DNA of 64,000 nucleotides, from the IMG/VR virus record IMGVR_UViG_3300022752_000024, positions 78,882 to 142,881 of that record; one strand, given 5' to 3'. The position numbers were made by a program, and so were the translations under genes. This document shows positions 28,329 to 37,282 of this stretch, piece by piece. Within the stretch, counting starts at the first letter, position 1. Each line of letters starts with the position of its first letter. This stretch comes from a virus. The notes below the pieces were generated by a model. The model was not told where the DNA came from. It made no database searches and saw nothing but the letters and a program-made list of their open reading frames with translations.

Positions 28329-28574
28329 TTAATTAAAAAATTCCTGATTCATTTCATGGGTCTTAATTTCCTTTTCCGTATATTCTACGGAATGCCATTC
28401 TCCGTCAGGAGTTTGGGCACGTACAATATCAAAGGAATATATGGATCCCATTTCAGTAAAAAAGCCCTCGACCTCTGCAAAACGGGTTACAGTCTTTTTA
28501 TTGTCTAGCATGGTACCAAACCATCCATTACGGAGTTGGATACGCATTCCTTTTTTAATTTCAGCGGTTTTCAT
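28329..28574 (-). CDS. Early hypothetical protein
   Basis: IKKGMRIQLRNGW..DN..G.F.EMGS.YS.DI; AGGAG RBS. Confidence 0.7.
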   Translation of the reverse strand: MKTAEIKKGMRIQLRNGWFGTMLDNKKTVTRFAEVEGFFTEMGSIYSFDIVRAQTPDGEWHSVEYTEKEIKTHEMNQEFFN

Positions 28575-28608
28575 TTTTTCTCCTAGTTCAATGTAAGTAC
28601 ATTATAAA

Positions 28609-29442
28609 TTAGCCGCATAGTGCAAATTCCGCTAATTGTTTCCAATTGTCATTAGGGTTCGCTTTACGAATTTTGGTGCATTGTATAAGTGAACGAAGGG
28701 ACAGTTCACGAACATAGTCCTTAACATTATCAATAAGGTTAAGGGCATCGAGTTTCATAGCACGAGGAAACTCAGGCATAAACTCTGGTGCATCAACAAG
28801 GAAACGCATCCGGTCAACTTTTTGTTGGGTAGTCATTGATAGGTCAACAACCATAGAACGGCTAAGGATCGCTTGGTCAATCTGGCTTGATGATAGGTTA
28901 CTGATAAAGATAACACGACCTTTGAATTCAAAAGATTGAGGAAGGTCCTCATCACGGATATCCGCACGGTAAGTGATAATACGGCGAGAATAAGAATCCA
29001 ACGCAGCCTTCAATAAATTCAATGATACAGGATCCCGCAGGATAGAATCTGTATCATCAAAAACTAGGACGCCATCTTTGTTTTCGTATAATGTACGGTA
29101 CAGGCCTTTGGCAGTCGAATAGCCTTTTACAACCACATAATTCTTTTTGCCTACAGGTGCACCGATTTCAGCAAGGGACATATCCTTCATGCCTGCTTGC
29201 CGCAAGGATTGAGTAACAGTAAAGGACTTGCCAAGACCGCCAGGACCTGTAACGATAACGGAAGCCTGATCGCCTTTGGCTAGCATGGTCACCATATCTG
29301 ATACAAAACCAAAACGCTCATTAATTGAAAAACGTGATTCTACAACAGGAGCAGGTTCTGTATTGAATTTGGTAACAGTAACAGGACCATTTTGTTGGTT
29401 CTTGGTCTTACGAAAACCTGCACGTGGAACGCCTCTTGGCAT
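28609..29442 (-). CDS. AAA+ ATPase (early gene)
   Basis: GPGGLGKS Walker A, VFDDTD Walker B, LLKAALD, FEFKGRVIFISN, AILSRS; AT-hook-like PRGVPRAG N-terminus. Confidence 0.85.
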   Translation of the reverse strand: MPRGVPRAGFRKTKNQQNGPVTVTKFNTEPAPVVESRFSINERFGFVSDMVTMLAKGDQASVIVTGPGGLGKSFTVTQSLRQAGMKDMSLAEIGAPVGKKNYVVVKGYSTAKGLYRTLYENKDGVLVFDDTDSILRDPVSLNLLKAALDSYSRRIITYRADIRDEDLPQSFEFKGRVIFISNLSSSQIDQAILSRSMVVDLSMTTQQKVDRMRFLVDAPEFMPEFPRAMKLDALNLIDNVKDYVRELSLRSLIQCTKIRKANPNDNWKQLAEFALCG

Positions 29443-29595
29443 ATTATGCTCCTTTGAGTTAATTAATCAGTATGGATACAGTATAGGGTATCCATGCCGA
29501 ATTGTCAAGGGTTTTATCCTCTTATTCCTATTAAAAATAAGAGAGTTGTTGCAATAATTGCAATTATTCCTGTTATTATCACAATTGCAAGATCC

Positions 29596-29796
29596 TCACG
29601 CATAGTGCCTCTCTATAATCTCAGGACGATAAGAACCCACAAAGGCAATCAATTCCTTTGGTGATAGTGAATCCAGTTTTTCTTGGATAGCGTTATAAGC
29701 AAAATCTTCCAATTGTTCGGGTGTCATGCTAATAACCCTCTGCCACGCATATTCCGTCTGTATGCGGTCCCTACGGTCGTTAGTGAGTCTTAACAT
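29596..29796 (-). CDS. Early hypothetical protein
   Basis: Coupled to upstream gene; GGAGG RBS. Confidence 0.65.
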   Translation of the reverse strand: MLRLTNDRRDRIQTEYAWQRVISMTPEQLEDFAYNAIQEKLDSLSPKELIAFVGSYRPEIIERHYA

Positions 29797-30260
29797 TACA
29801 TTTCCTCCGTTTTTTCATCAAGTGCCAATTCACTCACTACGTCAGAGAATTCGGTATCATCATAGGAAGCAAAAGTCCACTGGTTGTTTTGAAACAGGTA
29901 ACAATACTCTGCTCCACGGTTATAGTATTCCTCAAGAAAATCAGCTTCGGACTTAAAAATTCGTGCGGTTGCATCGAATTCACCACGGTCACGACCATAA
30001 AAGGTTGACCAATCTTTTGCATTGGCTTCCTCATACGCCTCACGCTCACCCTCAAAAGGTGAGAAAGGACGTTTTTGACCAATCACTTTTCCTAGTGACG
30101 AAATATCACCCAAAACCAACAGGTCAAGGATATTCTCTTCCGTGTTATAACTTTCAACTAGGGTCTGACCAACACCTTGCAGATAACCATCCCAATGACA
30201 ATAAACTGCCATAATAACAGTATCAGCCAATTTGATACCAATAGCGGAACGAGTAGCCAT
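29796..30260 (-). CDS. Conserved early hypothetical protein
   Basis: MATRSAIG..VYCHWDGY..GQTL..GDISSL..YGRDRGE..EYCYLF, a widespread phage family. Confidence 0.85.
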   Translation of the reverse strand: MATRSAIGIKLADTVIMAVYCHWDGYLQGVGQTLVESYNTEENILDLLVLGDISSLGKVIGQKRPFSPFEGEREAYEEANAKDWSTFYGRDRGEFDATARIFKSEADFLEEYYNRGAEYCYLFQNNQWTFASYDDTEFSDVVSELALDEKTEEM

Positions 30261-30392
30261 TATTTTTTCTCCATAATATAATCAATCACAATTTTTGATT
30301 CTGAATAATCAGAATATTCCAAGGCAGCCTCAATCATTTGCTCATGCAGGTCATAAAGGTCTTCCAGCATGGCTTCAATAATTTGACGTTTC

Positions 30393-30722
30393 CTATACAT
30401 ACGTTTTTTCCTTCATCAGGTCGGAATACTCAATAGCCGTTTCAGGGTATAGAATTTCGCCATCAAAATCCAACTGGCTTTGCTCAAACCAGGACAGATA
30501 GGTATCAGGTTCAATGGTAAAATATTCCACGTATTCCTGGGACATATCGCTATTATGGCAAAGGATTTTTTCAACGTGGTCAACGATAGGCTGATAGGAT
30601 GCCTTATCATTGTAAATAGGCACGTTTAGAATCTTATGGGATGACCCACCTTTCATTTTCCAATAAGGTTCGTCAGGTGAGCCATAATTCTCGGTGTACT
30701 GCGTGTGGATGACTAGCATCAT
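30393..30722 (-). CDS. Early hypothetical protein
   Basis: TQYTENYG..YWKMKGG; first gene after the promoter at 30777. Confidence 0.75.
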   Translation of the reverse strand: MMLVIHTQYTENYGSPDEPYWKMKGGSSHKILNVPIYNDKASYQPIVDHVEKILCHNSDMSQEYVEYFTIEPDTYLSWFEQSQLDFDGEILYPETAIEYSDLMKEKTYV

Positions 30723-31707
30723 AAAAGTCTCCTATCAATCAATTTATATGACTATTATAAGGCATCCATGCCGAATTGTCAAGGGTTTTACCAACCTTCC
30801 ATCCACATTTCAATCTTGTCATAATAGTATTCCGCAAGGTCTGCTATAAATGACAACTGTTTCAATAATAGCAACGGAAACAGGATTGTCAATCGGATAA
30901 GCCATGTTAGGGTCCAATTATACAATTTTAGACTCCTAAAAAATTCGTAGGTAAGTCGGCAAAGGTTGCATTGGTACCATAAAGGTTTGCCCGCTGCCAA
31001 GACCACAGGTCGGCTATTTTATTATAGGTAGGACCAAACACGTATCCCGTAGCCTCTACACAGGACTGCCAGCCACCTGGCACGTTTTTACAGACAATTT
31101 TCATAATTTATACCTCATCACAAAAGTCAACAATTTCGGTAAGTTTAATTGCAGGGTGTGCAAAATCATACCACATTTCATTTACCAAGTCGGTTACATC
31201 GGCATCCTCAGATACCCAAACACGCACCACAACCTCGATGGATTTTAGTTTATCCTTGTCCAGTTTATCCTTGTCCATTAGTATACCTCTCTTTCGCGGA
31301 TGTCATAGGTAAAGTAATGATTTCCATCATCCTTTTCCATCTCTTTAATATAATTAATGGCATCATCATACTTGGCAAATACTCTCAAAACGGTATCTCC
31401 CTCATATTCATATATTTCCACTACAATAAATACTTTTTGCATTTTCTTACCTCATTGTTGCTAATCTTACCCATGCACCATCCACAGGTAATCTCAAGGT
31501 TTCGGACTCATCCAAAGAAAAGGTGTCAAAATTATCATCATCCACCCATCCGTCGGTGTTACTCCAGAGAAAATCTGGATCAATTGTGTTTTGAATAACA
31601 AAGCGGTTCATAATTAAAACTCCTATATTTCATCATCAATCAATATGGATACAGTATAAGGCATCCATGCCGAATTGTCAAGGGTTATTCCACTGGTTAG
31701 TGACCAC

Positions 31708-31917
31708 TTAGATTACAAAGTCTACCACGTAGGTATCCATTTCAATTTTGCTAATCTTGCACTTAAAATCAAATGCCTGCATCAAATTGGAAAAGACCTT
31801 GCGGGATACGGACATCGGAGCGGTGTAGAATAATGATCCATTGTACACTTCAAAGTCCGTTACCTTCAGTCCTGCATTGGTACACACCTCGGACACTACC
31901 TGATTAAAATTATCCAT
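31708..31917 (-). CDS. Early hypothetical protein (paralog of 33262..33474)
   Basis: YNGSLFYTAPMSVSRKVFSNLM..CKISKIEMD. Confidence 0.75.
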   Translation of the reverse strand: MDNFNQVVSEVCTNAGLKVTDFEVYNGSLFYTAPMSVSRKVFSNLMQAFDFKCKISKIEMDTYVVDFVI

Positions 31918-31918
31918 G

Positions 31919-32116
31919 TTATTCAGTCTCCCCAAATAGGTACGATATATCACGTTGGTCCAATTCCATCATTAATTCCTCATCAGCCATCGCACGATAA
32001 CCTTTGAAGCCTGATTCTAGAATTGACCTCAATAATTCCACGCCATAGTCGGAATTCATAACGGTATCAAAATCATTATCCACTAGGGTTTCAATAGCTT
32101 TTTCACGGTCGAACAT
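31919..32116 (-). CDS. Early acidic hypothetical protein (paralog of 33812..34021)
   Basis: REKAIETL..IL.SGFKGY..EL..EL. Confidence 0.75.
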   Translation of the reverse strand: MFDREKAIETLVDNDFDTVMNSDYGVELLRSILESGFKGYRAMADEELMMELDQRDISYLFGETE

Positions 32117-32165
32117 TTTTTACCTCTTATAGTTAAGAATTAATTAAGTAGCCTTTAAGCAGCCT

Positions 32166-32915
32166 TTACGCTGCCGCCAACATAATTGTAGGATATTTCA
32201 CAAAACCAGTGGTGTCTTTTTTCGCTTTACCTTTTGCATATAAGCCAACTACCACACCTTTAGGATCAAGGAATCGCAGGTCAGAATCATCACCATTAAA
32301 GACAGGACGACCTAGATACGATTCTGGCATGGGTTCAGTCTTTTTGATACCAAAGACCACTGCCACATTGTAACCTTGCTCAATAGCCTTAATAACATCA
32401 GAATCATTACCATCGGCGGCTGAAAAGGTCAAGTGGTAGTTAGGAATATGCTTAATCTTACGACCAAGGATTTTGGTATAGTCATAAAATTGTACCTCAG
32501 GGAATGCAAAGAAAATGTTAGGATACGTCACACCATTACGGACTACCTCATACTTTTCCCATGCGATATCACTAGTACCATTAGGACGATAAACAGGAAT
32601 CAAACCTAAACGGATAGATTGTTTAAGACCTAATTCGATATCTGCAACCATTAAACGCATGAATTCCTCACGGTTTTCAAAGAATAAACGGGTCTTGCGT
32701 TTCCGTGCTTCCTGTATGACGTTAGTGGTCTCGCCACGTTTCATCATACCGCCACGACCAGCCATATTGAGGCAGGCTAGTGTACAGCCTTCAGTCCGCA
32801 TGGCGCAGGTTTCATAACCAGAAAGGTTAGCAGGAGCAAGGTGTAGAATGTAGGTATTGAAACCTTGCTTAGTGCCTTTGAGGACTTTGGGATTACCCGT
32901 AGATAATAATTTCAT
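32166..32915 (-). CDS. Gp88-like protein (degenerate radical-SAM-like)
   Basis: LHLAPA..C..GC...CL..AGRG, RPNGTSDI, FPEVQFYDYTK, NYHLTFS, GDDSDLRFLDP..VVGL.AKG. Confidence 0.75.
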   Translation of the reverse strand: MKLLSTGNPKVLKGTKQGFNTYILHLAPANLSGYETCAMRTEGCTLACLNMAGRGGMMKRGETTNVIQEARKRKTRLFFENREEFMRLMVADIELGLKQSIRLGLIPVYRPNGTSDIAWEKYEVVRNGVTYPNIFFAFPEVQFYDYTKILGRKIKHIPNYHLTFSAADGNDSDVIKAIEQGYNVAVVFGIKKTEPMPESYLGRPVFNGDDSDLRFLDPKGVVVGLYAKGKAKKDTTGFVKYPTIMLAAA

Positions 32916-32977
32916 AATTTGTTTGCTTTCGTCAATTAATCACTATGGATACATTCTACAGGTAATCCTGCCAATTG

Positions 32978-33244
32978 TCAAGCGTTTTTGGCAAAATCTT
33001 TTCGAATGCCAGTCACCGTTTTCCGTGGCATGGAAACGGTAATATTATAATAACCTTTAGACTCCATGACCCTCCGAATATTGCCTGAAATAGTCCACCG
33101 CTGAAGGTGTTGCTCATCTGTCAAGTCCTCCAATATTCCACAGAGGTGTTCTAATTTGGGTTCCAATGTAAAAGGGATAACGTCAAGGACCTTGCCGTCA
33201 CGGACAATTGTTTTCTTTTTAGCAACCACAATTTCGTTTTTCAT
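32978..33244 (-). CDS. Early hypothetical protein
   Basis: AAGGA RBS; co-oriented. Confidence 0.55.
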   Translation of the reverse strand: MKNEIVVAKKKTIVRDGKVLDVIPFTLEPKLEHLCGILEDLTDEQHLQRWTISGNIRRVMESKGYYNITVSMPRKTVTGIRKDFAKNA

Positions 33245-33261
33245 TTTACTATCCTTTACAG

Positions 33262-33474
33262 TTAAGCAACAAAATCCACGGCATAGTAATCCATTTCAAT
33301 TCTGCTAATTTTGCAGCGGCCATTAAACTCCTTCATTAGGTTGGAGAATATCTTACGGGACACTGATAACGGAGCCGTATAGAATAAGGTTCCGTTGTAT
33401 ATTTCATAATCAGCAGGAGCCAGGTACTCGCCACATGTTTTATTGACAACGGTTTCAAAAAATGAATTTTTCAT
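33262..33474 (-). CDS. Early hypothetical protein (paralog of 31708..31917)
   Basis: YNGTLFYTAPLSVSRKIFSNLM..CKISRIEMD. Confidence 0.75.
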   Translation of the reverse strand: MKNSFFETVVNKTCGEYLAPADYEIYNGTLFYTAPLSVSRKIFSNLMKEFNGRCKISRIEMDYYAVDFVA

Positions 33475-33497
33475 GTTAATGTGTACTCACTTAAAAA

Positions 33498-33734
33498 TTA
33501 ATCTTCAGACAATTCCACGTCCTCATCGGTATAGCCTTCCACGTAGAAATTGCCATCATCAGCCGCAGAATTAACAAAATTCAAAAAATCCTCACGGTAT
33601 GCAATAGGATCCATTTCCTTCAGTATAGCAGATGGTGCGAATTCAAGATAGCCCATGCGGAACGGCTCATTGCATTCGTCCAACAATTCGTCAAACATTT
33701 CCATGGCTTCGGATTCAGTGTAGATGGTAGTCAT
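33498..33734 (-). CDS. Early acidic hypothetical protein
   Basis: FDELLDE..PSAILKEMDPIAYR motif; very acidic; AGGAG RBS. Confidence 0.75.
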   Translation of the reverse strand: MTTIYTESEAMEMFDELLDECNEPFRMGYLEFAPSAILKEMDPIAYREDFLNFVNSAADDGNFYVEGYTDEDVELSED

Positions 33735-33811
33735 ATAATCTCCTATCAATTAATCAGTGTATGGATACAGTATAACGGCAAAGGTGCCAATTGTCAAGGG
33801 CTTTGCCAAGA

Positions 33812-34021
33812 TTATCCTTCATACAATTCGAGTTTAAAACTATCATCAAACCGTTCTGCCAATTCTGTTATCAATTCAGAATTGGTATAATTCTGATAAC
33901 CACGGAACCCTGTTCTAAGAATATCCTCAAGGTACCAGGTGTCGTTATTGGAAAGAAAATCTGTTACGGTATTAACATCATCCCGAATCAGGGTCTCAAT
34001 GGCTTTTTCACGGTTAATCAT
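33812..34021 (-). CDS. Early acidic hypothetical protein (paralog of 31919..32116)
   Basis: REKAIETL..ILRTGFRGY..ELITEL; AGGAG RBS. Confidence 0.75.
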   Translation of the reverse strand: MINREKAIETLIRDDVNTVTDFLSNNDTWYLEDILRTGFRGYQNYTNSELITELAERFDDSFKLELYEG

Positions 34022-34099
34022 ATAATCTCCTATCAATTAATCACTATGGATACAGTATAGCGGAATGGCAGTGAATTGTCAAGGGTTATCCAAGGAAAA

Positions 34100-34450
34100 A
34101 ATGAAAATAAACCGTAGGAAATACTGTTATCCAAAAGATAACCGCAGGATATTCTATTGGTTTTGGGTTCCTGATAGTTTTTGGCTATCGGGCGCATAGG
34201 GTCTCGCGGATCCTCTTGGTAGATAGGTCTTAATTACATCCACCGAGCAAACCTTTCAGAATACTGCCAGGAACCTTCAGAAAGGTCTCAGAGGGTCCCT
34301 AAGGGTATGCGGAATGGCTAGCATAGTATACCGAAAAAGCCTCGGAGAAACCCGTTTAAACGGCAAAGTTTACTCTGGGACAACTAATTATCGGAATGAT
34401 AACATCATGCCCAGGAGTGGATTAGGATACCAGATTTGCTGCATCACCAT
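34100..34450 (-). ncRNA. Candidate structured non-coding RNA, family unknown
   Basis: Consensus promoter (TTGACA 34480-85, TATAAT 34457-62); no ORF of 60 aa or more and no clear RBS; nested long-range helices with G:U pairs valid only on the minus strand; U-rich 3' end. Confidence 0.55.
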
Positions 34451-34499
34451 AGAATCATTATAGGGTATTTCAAAGGAATTGTCAAGGGTTTTGCGAGGA

Positions 34500-34536
34500 A
34501 ATAAAAAAAATCCTCTAGTTTTTCCACTAGAGGATT
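34500..34536 (-). terminator. Intrinsic terminator after the Lys/Ala-rich gene
   Basis: AATCCTCTAG-tggaaaaa-CTAGAGGATT followed by a T-run. Confidence 0.85.
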
Positions 34537-34555
34537 CTTATCAAGTTACTAAGGC

Positions 34556-34855
34556 TTATGCGGTTGCAAACTTAGTAACAACGGCTTTCGAAGGTTTCTT
34601 GGCAGCCTTGATGGCTTTGGTGCCAACTTTTGGTGCTTTCATGGCTGCCAGCTTGGCTTCCAGCTGGGCGATTCGAGCAGCCTTTTTGGCTTCACGGTCT
34701 TGGGCTTTCAAGGTCTTTTGGATAGCCTTGGTGGCTTTTTGAGTAGCCTTGAATTCCTTTTCATCGGCTTGGGCGGACTTCAATTGAACCTTCAAGGATT
34801 TGAGGGTTGCGGTAGCGGCAGCGATATCTGCCTTAAGGAGTTGGATCTTAGTCAT
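34556..34855 (-). CDS. Lys/Ala-rich basic protein (histone H1-like composition)
   Basis: Very K/A-rich coiled-coil sequence with its own promoter (34926) and terminator. Confidence 0.75.
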   Translation of the reverse strand: MTKIQLLKADIAAATATLKSLKVQLKSAQADEKEFKATQKATKAIQKTLKAQDREAKKAARIAQLEAKLAAMKAPKVGTKAIKAAKKPSKAVVTKFATA

Positions 34856-35047
34856 ATGTTACCTTTCGAAAAAATTAATCAATTTGTTTACTCAATGGAT
34901 ACAGTATAGCGGTTTTGCTGCCAATTGTCAAGGGTTATTTCAATTAATCCTTGCGGTCAAATAGTGCGTCCAGGATAATGTATACACTACCTGCAATAGT
35001 TGCAATAATAAAAACGATCTCTAGAGTTTCCATACCTTACCTCTTAA

Positions 35048-35179
35048 TTAAATGCAAAGGTTAATCAGATTACAAGTTACCTCAACGATCCCACTACCTA
35101 CAATTGTCGAAATAGCAAGGACTGCCTTCGAGAATACTGCCCCGGTGATCAGGCTTGCGAGAATGATAAGGATTTGCAT
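35048..35179 (-). CDS. Small hydrophobic early protein
   Basis: MQILIILASLITGAVFSKAVLAISTIVGSG.. downstream of the promoter at 35240. Confidence 0.45.
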   Translation of the reverse strand: MQILIILASLITGAVFSKAVLAISTIVGSGIVEVTCNLINLCI

Positions 35180-35409
35180 AGTGTGGTTTTTCTTTCGTTT
35201 TTTCAGCGTATACACTATTATAGCGGATTCGGTGCCAATTGTCAAGGGTTATCGAGGGTTATTGGTGTTGTAGGAAAACAACGCTGGTGGGATATACTCT
35301 GAGGATTCTTTGTGACTCTGCGGTCAGGTTTTGGTGGGCTTAGTGAAATTAAAAAAAAGTTAATATTCTCAAACCCCTAGACCCGTAACTGAAAAACTCC
35401 TAGCAAAAC

Positions 35410-35448
35410 CCGTGGATTCCAAAATTTTTTTCGGAGCAGAATCCACGG
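35410..35448. repeat. 10 bp inverted repeat in a gene-free interval
   Basis: CCGTGGATTC...GAATCCACGG flanking an A/T tract. Confidence 0.7.
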
Positions 35449-35579
35449 TAAATCCAAAATAAAACCAAACTTATGAGGTACCAAGAGGGGTTGAGTTAAT
35501 TTACTCAGTCTAACTTAAAATGCTTAAATGGTGCATCGAGAATATTGGAGAATTCCTAGAAGATACCGCAGATACTACA

Positions 35580-35759
35580 CTACACATACACATCTACTCT
35601 ATTTGCACTCACAACCATCTCACGTTGTTTCTTTTGATATTCTTCAAGTTTCTCTTTCTTTAAGAGACTCTCAAGACGATCCATTTGTTTTCTATAATCT
35701 TCAATACTCACTTCTTTACGGAGTAATTGTAGACTGTGATTGCCATTAACGATTTTCAT
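35580..35759 (-). CDS. Hypothetical coiled-coil protein
   Basis: MKIVNGNHSLQLLRKEVSIEDYRKQ..RVDVYV, 59 aa, below ORF-track cut-off. Confidence 0.5.
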   Translation of the reverse strand: MKIVNGNHSLQLLRKEVSIEDYRKQMDRLESLLKKEKLEEYQKKQREMVVSANRVDVYV

Positions 35760-35777
35760 AGGAGTAGTAGGAATAGA

Positions 35778-35924
35778 TTAGAACCAGTGCAGGCTTCTCT
35801 TATAGTTGAATTCATTGATGATTCTGTCAATGTCAGCAGGAGACTTAGGATTACGTGAGGAGATATATTGATCAATTTCGTTCATTTGTTTATTAGCGAA
35901 CCATTGAATAATCTTTGTTAACAT
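35778..35924 (-). CDS. Small hypothetical protein
   Basis: MLTKIIQWFANKQMNEIDQYISSRNPKSPADIDRIINEF; AAGG RBS. Confidence 0.6.
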   Translation of the reverse strand: MLTKIIQWFANKQMNEIDQYISSRNPKSPADIDRIINEFNYKRSLHWF

Positions 35925-36112
35925 TTTACGACCTTTCTGTATTTGTTTGTATACAGTTATATAGAAAGAAAATGTTGCAATTGCACATATACGTTTTATT
36001 TTATTTCATGATAACAGTTATTTTAACTTCTCTATCAGCTTTTCAGAATGAATTAATCGTGCTTCTAGATATTCGATATACTCTTTCATTAGTTGAATTT
36101 GTTCTTGGTCGT

Positions 36113-36304
36113 TCATTCTTCAACTCCAAAGTGTTTCAAAATGCATTCATATGGGTCGTGTTCTTCTCTAAGTGCAATAGACGCACATTCTTGAACAATC
36201 AACTGGGCGAACTTTTGACATTCGGGCATATCCCAATGTCCGATACCAAACATATCTTTTTCGTACCCAGCCTCGATAGCAAGTTCTTTAATTCGTTCGT
36301 TCAT
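36113..36304 (-). CDS. Hypothetical protein, MNERIKELA family
   Basis: MNERIKELAIEAG..KFAQLIVQECA..ILKHFGVE; paralog at 36788. Confidence 0.75.
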   Translation of the reverse strand: MNERIKELAIEAGYEKDMFGIGHWDMPECQKFAQLIVQECASIALREEHDPYECILKHFGVEE

Positions 36305-36307
36305 TTT

Positions 36308-36559
36308 CTATCCTTCAATCAGAGTACGACTTTGTACATCCCAATAGTGTACTACGGCAGCCATAGCGGAAGTCAAGTCAATATATTGTCCTAGATGCTT
36401 TTCGTCATCAACAGTAAAGGTGTATTGTCCAGTATACACTAAAGCGATCCAGATATCCACGATAGCTTGTTTATTTGCTTTACCTAGGATTTTACCTGTC
36501 TGTACATCATAGTAGTAAAATGCATTAGATCGTTCTTGCCATTCAAAGTTGTTTTTCAT
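36308..36559 (-). CDS. Hypothetical protein
   Basis: Likely true start MKNNFEWQ; upstream extension in the ORF track overlaps other small ORFs. Confidence 0.6.
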   Translation of the reverse strand: MKNNFEWQERSNAFYYYDVQTGKILGKANKQAIVDIWIALVYTGQYTFTVDDEKHLGQYIDLTSAMAAVVHYWDVQSRTLIEG

Positions 36560-36787
36560 AGCGGTTTTGCGTAACCTTTCTTGTGTAGTGTTCCTGTAAT
36601 ATAATCGACATAACACCACGATTGAGTCTTTGCCCATGCAACTACTGAAGTTATTGCCATTATTTCTCTCCGAACTTGGTACACTTGTATTGTTCTGCAC
36701 TTGTTTTGTACATAACATATTCATGCAGGTTATCCCATACATCTGGTTCACCATAAAATAGGAATACTAGAAGTAATATGGCAAATA

Positions 36788-37054
36788 TCATTCTGACCCC
36801 TCTGTGATTGGAAGGGGCGTAAGGGGCGTTGAATCTTTGAAATTGAAATGATCTCTTATTTCTTCTTCGACAAAAACAATACCATCATAAGAAGAATCCA
36901 ATCCACACTTTCTCAAAGTAAACTCTCTGGCTACTTTAGCGCATTCCTCGACAAGCAATTCAGCAAACTTGTCAAATAAAGGTATATTACCTCCAGTGCA
37001 GTTTACGGGGTTGAATCCTGCTTCAATAGCCATTTGTATAATTCGGTCGTTCAT
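36788..37054 (-). CDS. Hypothetical protein, MNERIKELA family
   Basis: MNDRIIQMAIEAG..KFAELLVEECA..IRDHF. Confidence 0.7.
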   Translation of the reverse strand: MNDRIIQMAIEAGFNPVNCTGGNIPLFDKFAELLVEECAKVAREFTLRKCGLDSSYDGIVFVEEEIRDHFNFKDSTPLTPLPITEGSE

Positions 37055-37252
37055 TTACTTGCCTTCTGTTAAAAAAAGTGGAGAAGAACCTTCGTGTACA
37101 AAATTTTCTGCTAATTCTTCTGCGTCATTAATTCTTACTTTACTAAGTCTCTGTAAGTGTTTACCATCAACATAAAAATCTACCATGTAAGTATCTGAGA
37201 ATCTAGATACTGTTGCTTTTCTGTTATCGATCTGGTATTCAGATAGTAGCAT
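37055..37252 (-). CDS. Hypothetical protein
   Basis: AAGGAG RBS; DAEELAENFV motif. Confidence 0.65.
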   Translation of the reverse strand: MLLSEYQIDNRKATVSRFSDTYMVDFYVDGKHLQRLSKVRINDAEELAENFVHEGSSPLFLTEGK

Positions 37253-37282
37253 TTGGTTGTCTCCTTTATATTAATACTTTCT

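Larger units (their letters stand above)
28109..35245 (-). repeat. Dispersed family of 10 early sigma70 promoters, consensus AACCCTTGACAATT-..-TA(T/G)(A/C)(A/C)T, often followed by GTATCCAT
   Basis: TTGACA at plus coordinates 28132, 29503, 30777, 31676, 32976, 33792, 34077, 34480, 34926, 35240, each with a 17 bp spacer to CATAAT/TATACT/TATAAT/TAGAAT. Confidence 0.92.

Noticed and set aside
31149-31598. 149 aa plus-strand ORF in the early region (also 35915..36394 and 34479..34909 on plus)
   Set aside because: Opposes all local promoters, has no recognisable motifs and overlaps minus-strand genes
28109-35250. Repeats of about 40 bp as a CRISPR array
   Set aside because: Spacing is hundreds to more than a thousand bp with genes in between, the repeats match sigma70 promoter architecture, and no cas operon is present
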